Shown here: in pieces, positions 39,901 to 52,357 of the stretch
Numbering within the stretch: the stretch's first letter is position 1
Layout of the letters: every line of letters begins with the position of its first letter
Notes under the pieces: generated by a model
What the model was told of the DNA's origin: nothing
What the model saw: only the letters and a program-made list of their open reading frames with translations
Database searches by the model: none
DNA from: Trichoplax adhaerens
Lineage: Eukaryota; Animalia; Placozoa
Assembly (NCBI RefSeq): GCF_000150275.1
Contig: NW_002060945.1
Span: 7,442,643-7,506,642 of the forward strand
Reading direction: 5' to 3'
Length of the DNA stretch: 64,000 nucleotides
Translations under genes and position numbers: made by a program

Positions 39901-40282
39901 AAATATTACGACACTGACTAATCAGGCTCAAGATTTAAATCAAAAACTAGATTATCGAAATGAAGAATACAAAAATCTAACATTTAGATACGATAAAGCC
40001 GATATTTGCTGCCAGGCTTGTAACAGAAAACCCATACCCGATAATCCGTTTAATGTAATATCGAATGGTAGTACTAAAAATAAAGATGAAAAGGCTTTTC
40101 AAGCTTTGCTGGAAAATGAATTGAATGAAGAGAATATTTCGGAAAACAAGATAGATGAGAAATCGTCAGAAATTGAATCGAAGAAGGAAGATTTGGTTGA
40201 TAATCTGTTTAAGAAAGAATTTAAAGAGGACTCTTTGGAAAATGAGTTTGATCTATGGCAGACAAAGACTGATAAATCATAG
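37000..40282 (+). CDS. Gene D: intact paralogue of C (~689 aa)
   Basis: Exons 37000-37305 (MKIRLLALIFLLVISNASA..GEGEQ|gtgaat) and 38519-40282 (KTFKSSWGRRRRFRWLRRHRRYRRQQPFVNSCSGYITSLTQCQSSRNALQRQ..DICCQACNRK..). Phase 0, in frame with ORF 38663..40282. Confidence 0.88.
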
Positions 40283-42625
40283 TAATGGCTGATAAGTTGC
40301 ATACGTACTTATTTAGTGTCCTCGTATGCAAGAATAAATTATAGCGTAGACATGTAATGAGAATGTAGAAAGATTAAAATTTATAAATTGTTTGGATGAT
40401 GTTTAATTAAAGATTTAGCTTTCAAGTGTAAAAGTTAAGTATTAAGCATCGACTTTTATACATATTTTAAAGTGATTTTGCTATATAAATATACATTCAC
40501 TTGTGATGTATCCGATAAACTTAGGGTAAATCTAGTAACGCATTATTAAAATGATCACTCGGTTCATTACTCTTTTTCTGTTTGTATACTTGTATTTGAA
40601 AGCTATACCTTACAGTTCTCTTTTAGGAAAAAACTTTTATAATTATAATGATGCAAATTACATCATTAGTTTAACGGCGCTATCATGTTGTCTATGGTCT
40701 TCTTATAGTATCTTAGTGAATTACTGGTAATATACTTTACGTGTATGAGTATGTGTGCAAAGTCCATCAATAAAAAGAGTATGAATTTTCTCTATATCAA
40801 TATTGTGTTCTATAATTTTAGAAAACGGATCTTACATTATATCCTAAATTTATTCCATATCAATAACATTTGGATGCATACAACTTTTATAGGATAGATA
40901 CCATGGGATGCCAGCAGTTTAATGTGCAAGTTTTAAAGCTAGACAAAGCTACGAAATAGACTATGGTAGAATATCATTTTTAGAAGGTTTATAGCAGAAA
41001 TGATGGAAATAGTTTTTTCTTGAGTATTTTTCGTTTTAAAATTTCTTCTAATTAGTTAAAATTTTCGGTCTGCATGATTTAATATAATAGCTTTTTTAGC
41101 TTTTACTAAGTCAAAATGATAGACTTACTGACAACAAAAAATTTGGTAGGAGAGCACAATGATAGAAAGCTCGTACTTGTCAGCTTCTTAATACCGTAGA
41201 TGCTATGAACCTGTTTTATGCAGATATATTACAGTATTATTTTGATCCCGTTGACTGCAGTATAGAATATTTATTTCATTAACAGTTCCATTGCTATAAC
41301 AGTAGATCAGGATGTTTTCCTATTCTCAGATGTTCTGTTCAGGCGTTGTTGTTACATTGTTATTATTAGGAACATTAATGGACTTATTTATTAATCAATT
41401 GGGGAAATTTCTGCAAATGCCTTCGTTAAATAATTAAATAGGAAACAATGTGTATTGCAGTTCATTGTAATATCCACACTTCTATTGAAAAGCTGTTCGT
41501 AAGATGAAAGGAAAATTATACTTACAATATCAGTTTAAGCACTAGAATTAGAAAGATAGTTTTATTGAGTGACAACAACGTGGTAGATTTGCTAAATTAA
41601 TGAAGAAAAGGTACAGATACTTTGCAGTATCTTCTCATATCACAACTAGGGTTAATAGTTACAACCTCAGCTAGGACAATAAATAAAGATGCTCTACATT
41701 ATCTTTAGACTATAACAATCGACCCTCATTGCGTTTATTCCCTATCGTCAGCTTCAAAAGGATATTTCAAAGACCATTGCAGGGAATGGACAGTTATCAT
41801 AGACCAAAGTTTTGCAATGACATTTAGTTTTCGTGAAATTCTTTTATTTAAAATCACGGAAAATTATAACATGACAATATTTAATATAAAGGTAAAATAA
41901 GAGCATAGTCTTGGACTCTTTTTATAATGGAATAATTTTCAATAATCCAAATATTTATTTTAAACAATTTAGAAGTCAACAAATATTGTATCGATCTTAT
42001 TAAAATCTTGGAAAAGCAATGAATGGATTTCATGGGTTACTTTCATATAAGCGAATTTTTCGAAAGGTATAAAATTGAAACATTCGAACAAGCAATCTAA
42101 TTCCTTTATTTCAATTCTCGAGATTGGATGGAGTAGCAGGTCAATAATTCTCGAAGCTATAGGTATGAATAAAGATTGCTTCTACAAACGTTGTCTGCAT
42201 TAGCTGTATTTCATACTGGAAATTTTATCTTGTAAAATGCGATAAAGTTTCAATTTTATTGTGAAATTAGGCAAGTTACCGTACAATTAAGTTACTTGAT
42301 GAAATTACCGTATATTATTGTGCTCTGTACGAGACTTACATCTGTCTTAGCATCGCTTTCGATGATACCGCATCTTATAATTTTAATTTTATTCATGGTA
42401 CAGGTAGGTATTTTTGGCCGGTAGAAGTTTATATCCTAACTTTAAAGTTTATACTATCGTAATTGTTAGTAATCGTAGGGTTTTGGCGTCTGGTTAGCAT
42501 TTAATATTAACTTTATTCTGTTATAGTATAGCAGTGATTATTATAGTTTTTGCTGCAATTAATTATATTTCTTATGATTCAATTAATTACCTTATAGCCT
42601 GTTATAAAAAACGACGTGCTGCAAG

Positions 42626-44900
42626 ATGAATATTCGTTTCTTGACCCTGATTTGCCTACTAGTTATCTCGAAAGCATATACTGATGAGATTCCGTCATCG
42701 GATGAAAAAGATTATGATTTCTTCAGAAATACCGCTTATTCTGCGGTAGATCACGTATTAAGTAATGAGGCCAAAAAAGAAAATGACGAAGATAACGTTG
42801 ATAATAAGAATACCGAATCGGATATGGCTACTATGGAAGATGCTTGTTTTGACGAAGTGGAAATAAAGGATGGTGAAGAAATTATCACTGAAAATGGCTC
42901 AAATGCTTTAGAAAAGTTTGATAATGAAATCGCTAACGATAATACGGAAAGGGATGGAGACGATAGCATTAATGATGAAGATAAGCAGGTACTATACATA
43001 TCGACTAAAGAAACCGATTATGATATTTAATATTTATGAGGATTGGTTGTTCCTACGAAAAAGTACAGTTCAATTTATATGGTACCTTATGTATCCTATG
43101 TGGGGTATGAAAGATTCTCTTAACGCAATGTATATGAGTATAGGCTATTGCTATTACAACGATTATCGCAATTTCAGTAAAGAGTAAAAATTATTACGGG
43201 TACTTTAGTACAAAATCATTATTAAAGCTATTTTTATGATATAGCAAAGAATGATTTCTTTCATTAAGACAAATGTTTAAAGTCGCAATTTCCCGTACTA
43301 TATAGTATTAATGCATGCTAATTGAAATGAATGATTACCAGTACAGTATGCTTATTAAGAATAAAATAAGAAGGAAAACTGTCTTGGAAGTCATTTACCG
43401 TATGAAAATACGAAGTTACTAGTTCAAAGGGATTCACCTTGGAAATTGTACCATAATGTATCTGGTTGTTGCAAATAGAATTTACGATAGAGGATATTTC
43501 GAAATCGAATTCAACTAGTAAATAGTATCATAATATACCGTATTTAGCTGTTTGTAATAGAATTTTCGATAGAGGATATTTCGAAATCTTTGGCGATATC
43601 ATAGTATATGCCTATTAGAGATGAAATAAGATACATTAATCTATAAAATATAATAATCATTCATCAGTTTAAGCTAATTTACGTTAGATTTTCGCGATAT
43701 CGGTGCTTGTTCGGTTGTTAGAGTAGGAAGTTTAGTCCTTTTATGAGATTGTTAAAACTGTGAAAACAAGTTTAGATTTCAAGACGCGCGCAGTACCCTT
43801 TTATATCGAAATGTAATAAAATTTCTCCATCCTAAACAATATTGCTATCATAAGCAACAAATATTTCTCTATAGAAACCATGGAATGGCTCTATCTATTG
43901 ATTCTACAGTAAATAAACTGTGTCGGTATATTCTATCTTTTAATACCTATAGAATTCAGCTTCTCGGCATCGTCGTCCACGGCGGCGACATAGTCAAAAT
44001 TCAGGTAATGCTTTACGAAGGCAAGCTAACCAGGTGAGAAGACAAAATATTCATTCACGTCGAAGGATTCACTCTCAATGGGCTCCCAATCGTCGATGCA
44101 AAGTCACAACTGCGTGTCTTATTCGAAAAGTAACAAGGCTTAAGGGACAACTTACTACCGTAAACAATCAATATAGCAGTCTACTAGTATGTTGTAAAAT
44201 GCAGCTCACTGTATTAAAGCAAAAAATAAAACATCTACAATCAAAAATCACCCGTAAAGATGCGATTATTGCCGCGAAAGAAGCTAAAATCATTTTATTG
44301 AAAAGTCAAGCTGCAAAGGTGAACAGATTGCGACGAAAAGTTCGAAGACTAAAAGTGAAAAATCAGACCTTAAAAGCCTCGATGGCAACTGTTAATGCCC
44401 AACATCAATATGTTCGAAATGAAAGTATCCGCTTAAATTCGACTTTACAAGCTAAAAATAGTCAGATTGAACGATTGAAATTAGATAAAATAGAGTTGAG
44501 TAAAAATATTTCTATATTGACGAATCAAACTCGAGATTTGAATCAAAAATTGGACCATCAAAATGAAGAATACAAAAATCTGACCGCAAGATACGATAAA
44601 GCTAATATTTGTTGCCAGGCTTGTAATGGAAAACCAATTTCTGATAATCCGTTTAATATAACGGCGACTACTAATAGAACCGAAAATGAAGATGAAGAGG
44701 CTTTTCAAAGTGTGTTGGATAATAAGCTGAATGAAGAGAATATATCGAAAAATGGGATTGATAGGAAATCTTTAGAAATTGTATCGGAAAAGAAAGATTC
44801 GAATGAGAATCGTTCTGAAAGGCAATTTGAATCGAAAAAGAAAAGTTTGCGCGATGATCTCTCCGAAGAAGAATTTAATAGGGATTTTTTTGAAAAATGA
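42626..44900 (+). CDS. Gene E: shortened paralogue of C/D (~436 aa)
   Basis: Exons 42626-42988 (MNIRFLTLICLLVISKAYTDEIPSSD..DEDKQ|gtacta) and 43953-44900 (NSASRHRRPRRRHSQNSGNALRRQ..LNSTLQAKNSQIERLKLDKI..NICCQACNGK..). Phase 0, in frame. Confidence 0.85.
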
Positions 44901-46716
44901 GTTTAATCTAATGCAGACCAGTAAGTCTGAGCAATAACTAATTACATATATATACAGGAATAAATTGAGGGACGGACACGTAATAGAAATATCGAGTAGA
45001 TTAAACTCCTTACAACTGTCCTGGAATATAGACTTATCTTTCAGACGTAAGAATTAAGTATAATTGTTCATTTCTGTCTATACACTTGCATCTGGAAGCT
45101 GTGCCTCATATATCTCATTTAGGATAAAACTTAACCTTAGTAATTATCATAATAATTGTGATTGATCATAATTATTTATAGTATTCTAAAATTGTATTGT
45201 TTAGATTTGCTTATTCTACGTGTTCATTTTGCATCTATACCACGTATATTAATTAATCTACAGACCTATAACATGTAATTATTCCATGTTGCAAGTGTGA
45301 CCGACCACGTGTATAAGCCGCCACTTTCAGATCAATAAAGATAGAGTAGGAGTGCAAAATTTGTTTTACAAGAACTTCAACTATTTGATCAATTTTCTGT
45401 CTCCCCTACGAATTGAGAGTAGCACTTCAATACGACTGCTAGTATCGACTCTACGTATGAAATTAAACATAAGTTTGCAGTTTGAATTTATGTGAAAATT
45501 TTCGATACTGCTACGTGTTGCTGATACTGAAGAGTATGCTACAGAAATTCGGAAGGTTGCATAATAAAACCCGGCACTCTCATTTTTAATTAACGTAAAA
45601 CAAAATAAGTCCATGCCACTGGGAGGTTTTTAACTTACAGAGATAAGTAGTTACACCAAATTTCATGGGCTTACAGGTCTTTTCCATCATATTCCTGTTA
45701 ATGGTTGATTTGCAACAGCGATACGAGAAATCAATTGGACGAAAGGTTGTGTAATAGAATGGGATTATTTAATGAAATAATCGAAATATAGTGACGCTAA
45801 GCTAAAGGAATCTATCCTGTAAAATTAACCTAGGTGGAACTGATAGTTTAGCTAAGCTAACAGTAATCTTTCCTTCAAAAGATGTGGTGTAAGAGATGAA
45901 CATAAATATCATATTTGATAATCTATAGAATGAAAATTAACGATCAAATAACAGAATGAAACTATTTAAATTGTCGAAATAGTTTTATCCCTCTGAAGTT
46001 TAATGTAACATAAAAAGTAAACGAAACGTAATTAAAGCTTAGTCTAAGACTAAATTCTACGCAAATAAAGAATATAGAATCATATTGGAGATATAGCAGT
46101 TATTAAAGTTCGATCAATTGGGTTAATGATGTGTTCCGGCACAACACTGGTATGTTCATAGACAGTAATAGCAAGAAGTTATTTAAACATCAAAGGATTA
46201 CGATACAATTATTCTAATAATCCGATAGAATGCTGTTTGAAAAATGAATGAAAAGAAGCCTAATTAATGGCCATTCTATAATTAGCTTACTCTAATCGCT
46301 ATCTTAAATAATATTATAAGCGATGGACAATATAATGATATCTTATTACAATCAATTAAATAGAAATTAATAATAATCTCATGGTATGAAGTTATTTCAA
46401 GATAGCAATTGCTAGCTAGTGAGTATACTAGTAAATTTTAACTTCTAAACTGTAATTATAATTAATATATATATATTAACATATATATATATATGATTGA
46501 CAAGAAGAAAGAGATACTAATTAACAGTAAAGGTTGTACATTGAACGAATAATCAAAGCATTATCCTCTCGATGATATGACAGAATCTGAAATGAAAAAT
46601 AAGCTGAAAAGTAAATAAGGCGTAGTTTAGTCGCTATCTTGAATTCTTTTAGAAAATATGCCTTTAAAGAATTAAGAAATTTACTTTCTATTTACATTGC
46701 GTTTTCTAAATTACCT

Positions 46717-46724
46717 TATAAAAG
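46717..46724 (+). promoter_or_regulatory. Putative TATA box of gene F
   Basis: TATAAAAG, then donor GTATG at 46806, acceptor ending 46944 and ATG at 46982. Confidence 0.55.
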
Positions 46725-46981
46725 CAGTTACGTTCCTGTTATCATTTCATTCTTCATAGGAGTCGTTCGGTAGTTTTTCTTGTTTTTTTCTATCGTAACT
46801 AACAGGTATGTTATAGTATCTTTAATGTTTTTCTTCATCTCTTCTACATTCATCTTCTACGACTTTAATGCAGTCTGAATATGAATAGTGTTTCGATTTT
46901 AGTTCATTTCAAACTTTCAAAACTTTCTTTTTCTGTGTAATCAGACTTTACAAGAGCTATAAAAATATCCTTATAGCGATC

Positions 46982-47678
46982 ATGGTTCTACCATCGAATA
47001 ACGGCTTAGTTGTACTGGTGTTATTGGTAGCTTCTTCACCAATTGGGGACGTAATTGCATTGACTAATGAAGATATATCAGACAGAAAACAAATTTTCAA
47101 TGCCTTAGATGAACAAATGAGCAATCATGTTGATGAAATGGAACCTATTGATTTTTTGAATCTCCAGCGAGAATTTGATGACACGCAAGAAGAACAAGAT
47201 AGTTTCCTTTATGGACTACAAGATAAAAACGAGATTGAAGACAAGAGTGAGATTAATCCTTGGTGTAATTTCAAGGAAACGAACAAGAATATGGAGAATC
47301 AGAATAATTTAATCAATCCAAAGATGGTCCCTACTAAGAACAAGGTGATTTTCCTGTGATATGGATTTTTTCAAATTAAAATATTTTTTATGAGTTTGAT
47401 AGCGAAAATTACAATATCCTTATAGTAAATAATAAATCCATAAATAATATTTTAACAGTGTGTTTCTTACTTTACTACTCAATGATCTACAGAAAATGAG
47501 GATATCATGGGGTCAACGACAGCGGCTTCGATATTTTGCCTATCGTAGAACTATATCTCAGAATGCCGGCGGTACAGTAGTTTTGACTGCACGAAGACGA
47601 AGTTCAAGTATACGACACAGATCTACTTCCATACGACGTAGAAATTGGAAACCTTCTTACCCTTTATTTTTGATATGA
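46982..47678 (+). CDS. Gene F: secreted prepropeptide with acidic pro-region and a 61-aa cationic C-terminal exon, no coiled coil (~182 aa)
   Basis: Exons 46982-47344 (MVLPSNNGLVVLVLLVASSPIG..PTKNK|gtgatt) and 47493-47678 (KMRISWGQRQRLRYFAYRRTISQNAGGTVVLTARRRSSSIRHRSTSIRRRNWKPSYPLFLI*). Phase 0, and it shares the SWG head. Confidence 0.75.
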
Positions 47679-50600
47679 GATTTACGATATCGAATGAAAC
47701 CATAAATATCTCATACCACCCATGCTGTAAGTCTTTCATAATATCCCATAAACAAATGCACTGCCTACACGTACACTAAAAACATTCTGCGATTTTATAC
47801 ATAAATAATAAACTGTAAATCAACTGGTTTGAAGTTTTAATACAGTCTAGCATATCTAATAGATAATTCTGCTTTATCTTGTTATGGATTTTGATAGACT
47901 ATACGAAAATCTTCTTGCTTGATCATTAATAAAATATAGTCAATAAAAATAGATTTTACTTGCGCGAAAAATTTACTTTTGCGATGCATCCGATAGTTTA
48001 CATGTCATTAATGGTATGATAGATAATCGTACCTTGAAAAGAATATCAACTAAGATTGTTTTTCCTATAATTTCATCTAAGCTAATAAAATATGGCTTAG
48101 GCATGAAAGAAAACGGACTGCAATGGCTGTAGACTAACGTTTTAATAAAATTGATTTGTTTCCCTACGTCATCAACTTTTTGATACTTTATCCATGCACG
48201 GTGCTTCGTAATATTACTTTTTAGAGCGAAATAAAACTGCCACAATTTGTATGTAGTTTACTAATATAAAATGTATTCTAGTATACTTTTGCTTAACCTC
48301 ATTCATTTACAAATATCATGGAGATTTTAGGTTCGACATATAAGTATTGATGATCTCGCAAGTTTATGTGAGTTTATTCATGGCTCATTTCCAGATGAGA
48401 TAAATACAGAGTTAAAACGACTTTTCTCTCTGATTAACTATACACGGTAGAGTACGATATCTAATAAAGGAAAAGAGGAAAATGATTCTGTATACACCGT
48501 TTGCTATCCAGAATTTTTCAATAGTTTACATTTGATATATACTGACATAAATTATTACCACTTTTGAAATGTTGACATTATCATTTCCTTTATGACTTGG
48601 TAAACTTTATTACACATTTTACAAATGCATACGAAATAATATACGCCTACACTAGAAGTATGGCACTCAAATTAGTCCTAGCTCATGCAGTATACATTAC
48701 ATTATACTTTCTTAATTCAGTCTGGTTACGCATCTGCCCAGTAATCGAATGTGCAAGTTTTAAGTAATACTACACTACATTTCCCCAACTATTTAGGAGT
48801 ATGTCCATGGCAAACTAATTTTGCAACTTGTTTACCATAATTATCGTAGAAATGTTCTAGATTATTTCATTACTATCGTAATATAGAATTATGGCGTTTC
48901 CTCGACGAATTTTGAAGCTAGCATTCTTATCCACCTTTAAATTCCTGCCATCGCGACTGAAGGCCTTTTACCAAATATCTGAAAGCTGTGATGGCGCAGT
49001 TTCTAAACAATTCGCTAGACGAGATATCAGTAAAGAATTTCAGATGTGTGAGTATTAAAGATAAGTAAATTAATAAAGGATGGTGAGGGAATTAGAGCTA
49101 CTTACAAATAAGATATTTCTTACATAAATGAATAGAATTTCGAAAAAAATGTCGACTTTCTAATCTACGATTCTTAATTTGGTTACTAGGAAGTAAAGGA
49201 ATATTTAAATTGTCCAAGAAAGACGTTTCAAGGTTGTAGTGCTTGGGTTCAACAATCCCTAATTATACACACATAATACGAATAGTATAAGTACACCGTT
49301 TCATCAACAGCAATCATGAAATTACCGTATAAGTATCGTAGACTATTCTACTTCTTAATACTACCGTACTTCAATTACTACTGTAATTAGCTGAAACTAC
49401 TACAGGAGTGTATCGATTTGAGCAGAAATTTTAGTTAAATTTAATTTGTACTGTAAATTATTTTTGGAGCTTCACATACGATTAGGATTAAATTCATGTC
49501 AGTAATTGAACAGTGATAAAAATAGATAAATTAATTGAAGCCTAATTGATAAATAACCAACGAGTACACTTACAAAAACATACGGTAAAGGATTTTCCAC
49601 TAATGCTGTATCTAGAGCATTCATGTTTTAGCTGTCATCTAATCACTCCAACTCTATGATATCGTACAAATAGCGATCTAATGCCATGTAAGCCTGTATA
49701 AATCAGACCTTCATTGCTGCGAAGACAGTATATTTCAAGGTTAACTTTTACATAACACTTAGCATCCTGTAGATTAGCATTTTCATTAGCTGTTATTGAT
49801 AATAATAAAAATATTGTTGCTGTGTGGGCGATCTGCTATAGCTTATTCCGCTCATTAAGTATGTCAAACTCAATTTTTAAGATAATACACCCTTCCATAT
49901 TTAATTACAGACCCTTCAAGTTGGCTAGTCAGTCTTTTTTTACAACATCTTTATTACGAATATTATTTATTAGTAGATTAGAATCTAATGTGATTCATAC
50001 TACTACTTCCTTTCTCCCGTTACTATTTTCACAACATATACAATTACGCTTAAATCTATTTATGATTGTTATAAAATTAGTTTATGTCTCAATAAGCGTT
50101 TTCAAAATTTAAAATTAAGAGTATATTTTTAATTCCGTCCCAGTAAATAAAATCGGAGGTTACTACTTTCATTATATTAACAGATCACACGACAAGATCA
50201 TCGGATATAATACAGCAACAGTAATAACTTAAGCTATAATCTGATATGAATGCTTTACCCAAAATCATTGCTTTAGATTTGATACAAGAGCAAATGGATT
50301 GTTTACACTATTTCATTCGTTGATCCATACGCGTTCATCGCATATTTATTGATTTATTTTCCCGAGATTGAATCGAACCTTATCACAAATATGCCCATGC
50401 CACTCTCTTTGTAAAATATAGGGTAATGTGTTATAGAATTAGCAGTAGACTTCTTTTTTAATTGCCCTACGATTCTGATCATGAAATAATTTAGCCTAGT
50501 TATTATCCTGGAATAGTATCTTACATTGAGAAAGTCCCTTTGCAGCAAATTATCATATTGTAGGAATGCAGTAATCATGAGATCATGGATTACTGCGCTT

Positions 50601-52357
50601 TCTCCTTTTTGTTATGTAAATATCTATTATTTGGAATAATAGTAAACGGAAAGCAGTTTTTCTCTTAACGATACATGTCATCCCGTTTTTCGATCGTTAA
50701 TGTTGCAAACCAGTTTTGCAACCAAGGTAATATACATAATCGCAATAGCTCTTACTGTAAGTAGTTAGTCTCAACTACGATATCTTCTAAGAACATTATA
50801 TTTATTAAACCTAGCATGAGACCAAGACTTGATCAAATCATGACTATTCTATAAATATCTATCTTTAGCAATAGTTTGTATCGTGACAATAGATATCAAT
50901 TAATAATAGTTTCACAAATACAAAGATTATATAGCACCTGAATATCGAGAAACACCTAACTTTCGATAAAACTGCCCTGGATCAGAATTTAAGATCTATT
51001 TTACACTTATAATTTAATCATTATAAACTGATTATGGCGATTAGCTGTACTGTATAGAAGATAAATAGATAAGCTTTTCGAATTTTATTAGAAGGTTTTT
51101 GAAACGAGCTGAATGGTAATCGATACTTATAGTTTAAGAATACAGAACCAAATCGAAAATTTCATCCTAGTTATTCGTTAAACTGAAGATATTATATAAT
51201 TAAATCATAAATTGATAAGCATTACGTAAAATTATATTTTATTTTATATTTCGTATTATTTTTTTATTCTTATAAAAGCAAAGAAAGCATAGGGTTAAAA
51301 TGCTAGGTTTAGTTAGTTGTGTCTATCGAAAGTATTTACTTTATTTGTATTCTATCGAAATCTATTCCATATTAGTGACGCATGATAAAGTAGGAGTATG
51401 TTGATAAAGGTTCCGGCAATTCTATCGAATTATGATCATTCATTCGAAAGTCGGCTTGATTTCTCTAATGAATATATTGAGAAGAACAGAGATCTTCGTA
51501 TCGTGTTTGGTTATGAAAGTTCTATACCGATTGTAATAATTTCTTTGCATTGGGTTAACAATAAGCTCAATATTGAACATAGAAATGAACTACAAAATAT
51601 CACCGTCCTCTATTCTACTTAATATTGTTCATGATGATCCTTGATCTACCATACCAATCGAAATATTACTGACTATAACGAAGATGATAGCTACAATTTA
51701 TGCAAAACTAGTATATTGTAAATTAATTCTTTTTAATTTACTGTTGGCCATCAGAATACTTTCTATCATTATTGTAAATAGCGTTTAATATACGGAAACG
51801 AAACATGAGAAAGAAATTTTACGTTTGGCTTGCATAAATCTTATACACTCTTCGAAAGTAATAATTGCGATTTAATTCTCCAATAATACGGATATACTTA
51901 GTGAAATGTGAATAGATACGGTATGTATTCGTACCGGTTCATCATCCAGCTTTTAAATCAATTTCTTCGTTATTATGAAGTCATTAAATTTGTTCTGGAT
52001 CATAATAGCTTTGATAATTATGCGTTCACCATGAAACAACAATACGCTCACTCTTAACTTTCGATAAGCTAAGACACTAAAGAGATATAAATTAGCTGTA
52101 GGTTAACAACTCTCCGCATTTTAGTTCTGCTATCTGACAACTTGTTCATAGTCAGTTTTATCCTGAAGGATTATCACCATTAATCAAATTAATAGCTATT
52201 GGTAAGTATCTTACGTAATGTTTTAGAATATCTTTGTAAAAATTCAATTATCAGTCTTTCTTATCACAGATGTGGACAACTAAGTTTGATCAACCAGTGA
52301 TCTAAGTAATAAACTCTCTGCATTTATTGCTTATATCGAATAGAATAACCAACCATC

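Larger units (their letters stand above)
28330..40900 (+). repeat. Tandem segmental duplication (about 7.1 kb offset) carrying genes C and D; gene E is an older third copy
   Basis: The ATGs are 7104 bp apart. Upstream flanks, intron starts and 3' flanks align by eye, e.g. aacttatgaaag(c/t)aagctatta at ~28462 and ~35582, and atgaattttctcta at ~33568 and ~40780. Boundaries are approximate. Confidence 0.8.

Noticed and set aside
31482-40282. Annotation as myosin, tropomyosin, SMC/Rad50 (CxxC zinc hook) or viral A-type inclusion protein
   Set aside because: Only generic coiled-coil similarity. The spliced products have signal peptides and no motor or ATPase domain, and the CxxC is terminal rather than central.
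43474-43588. ~33-bp direct repeat in the gene E intron (a similar diverged ~110-bp duplication lies at ~61660-61850)
   Set aside because: Ordinary local duplications with no evidence of function or element ends.
16169-44708. Antisense or alternate-frame ORFs over the cluster genes (e.g. 16169..16402, 16631..16813, 31544..31831, 38743..39021, 42751..42999)
   Set aside because: They are shadows of compositionally biased coding exons.
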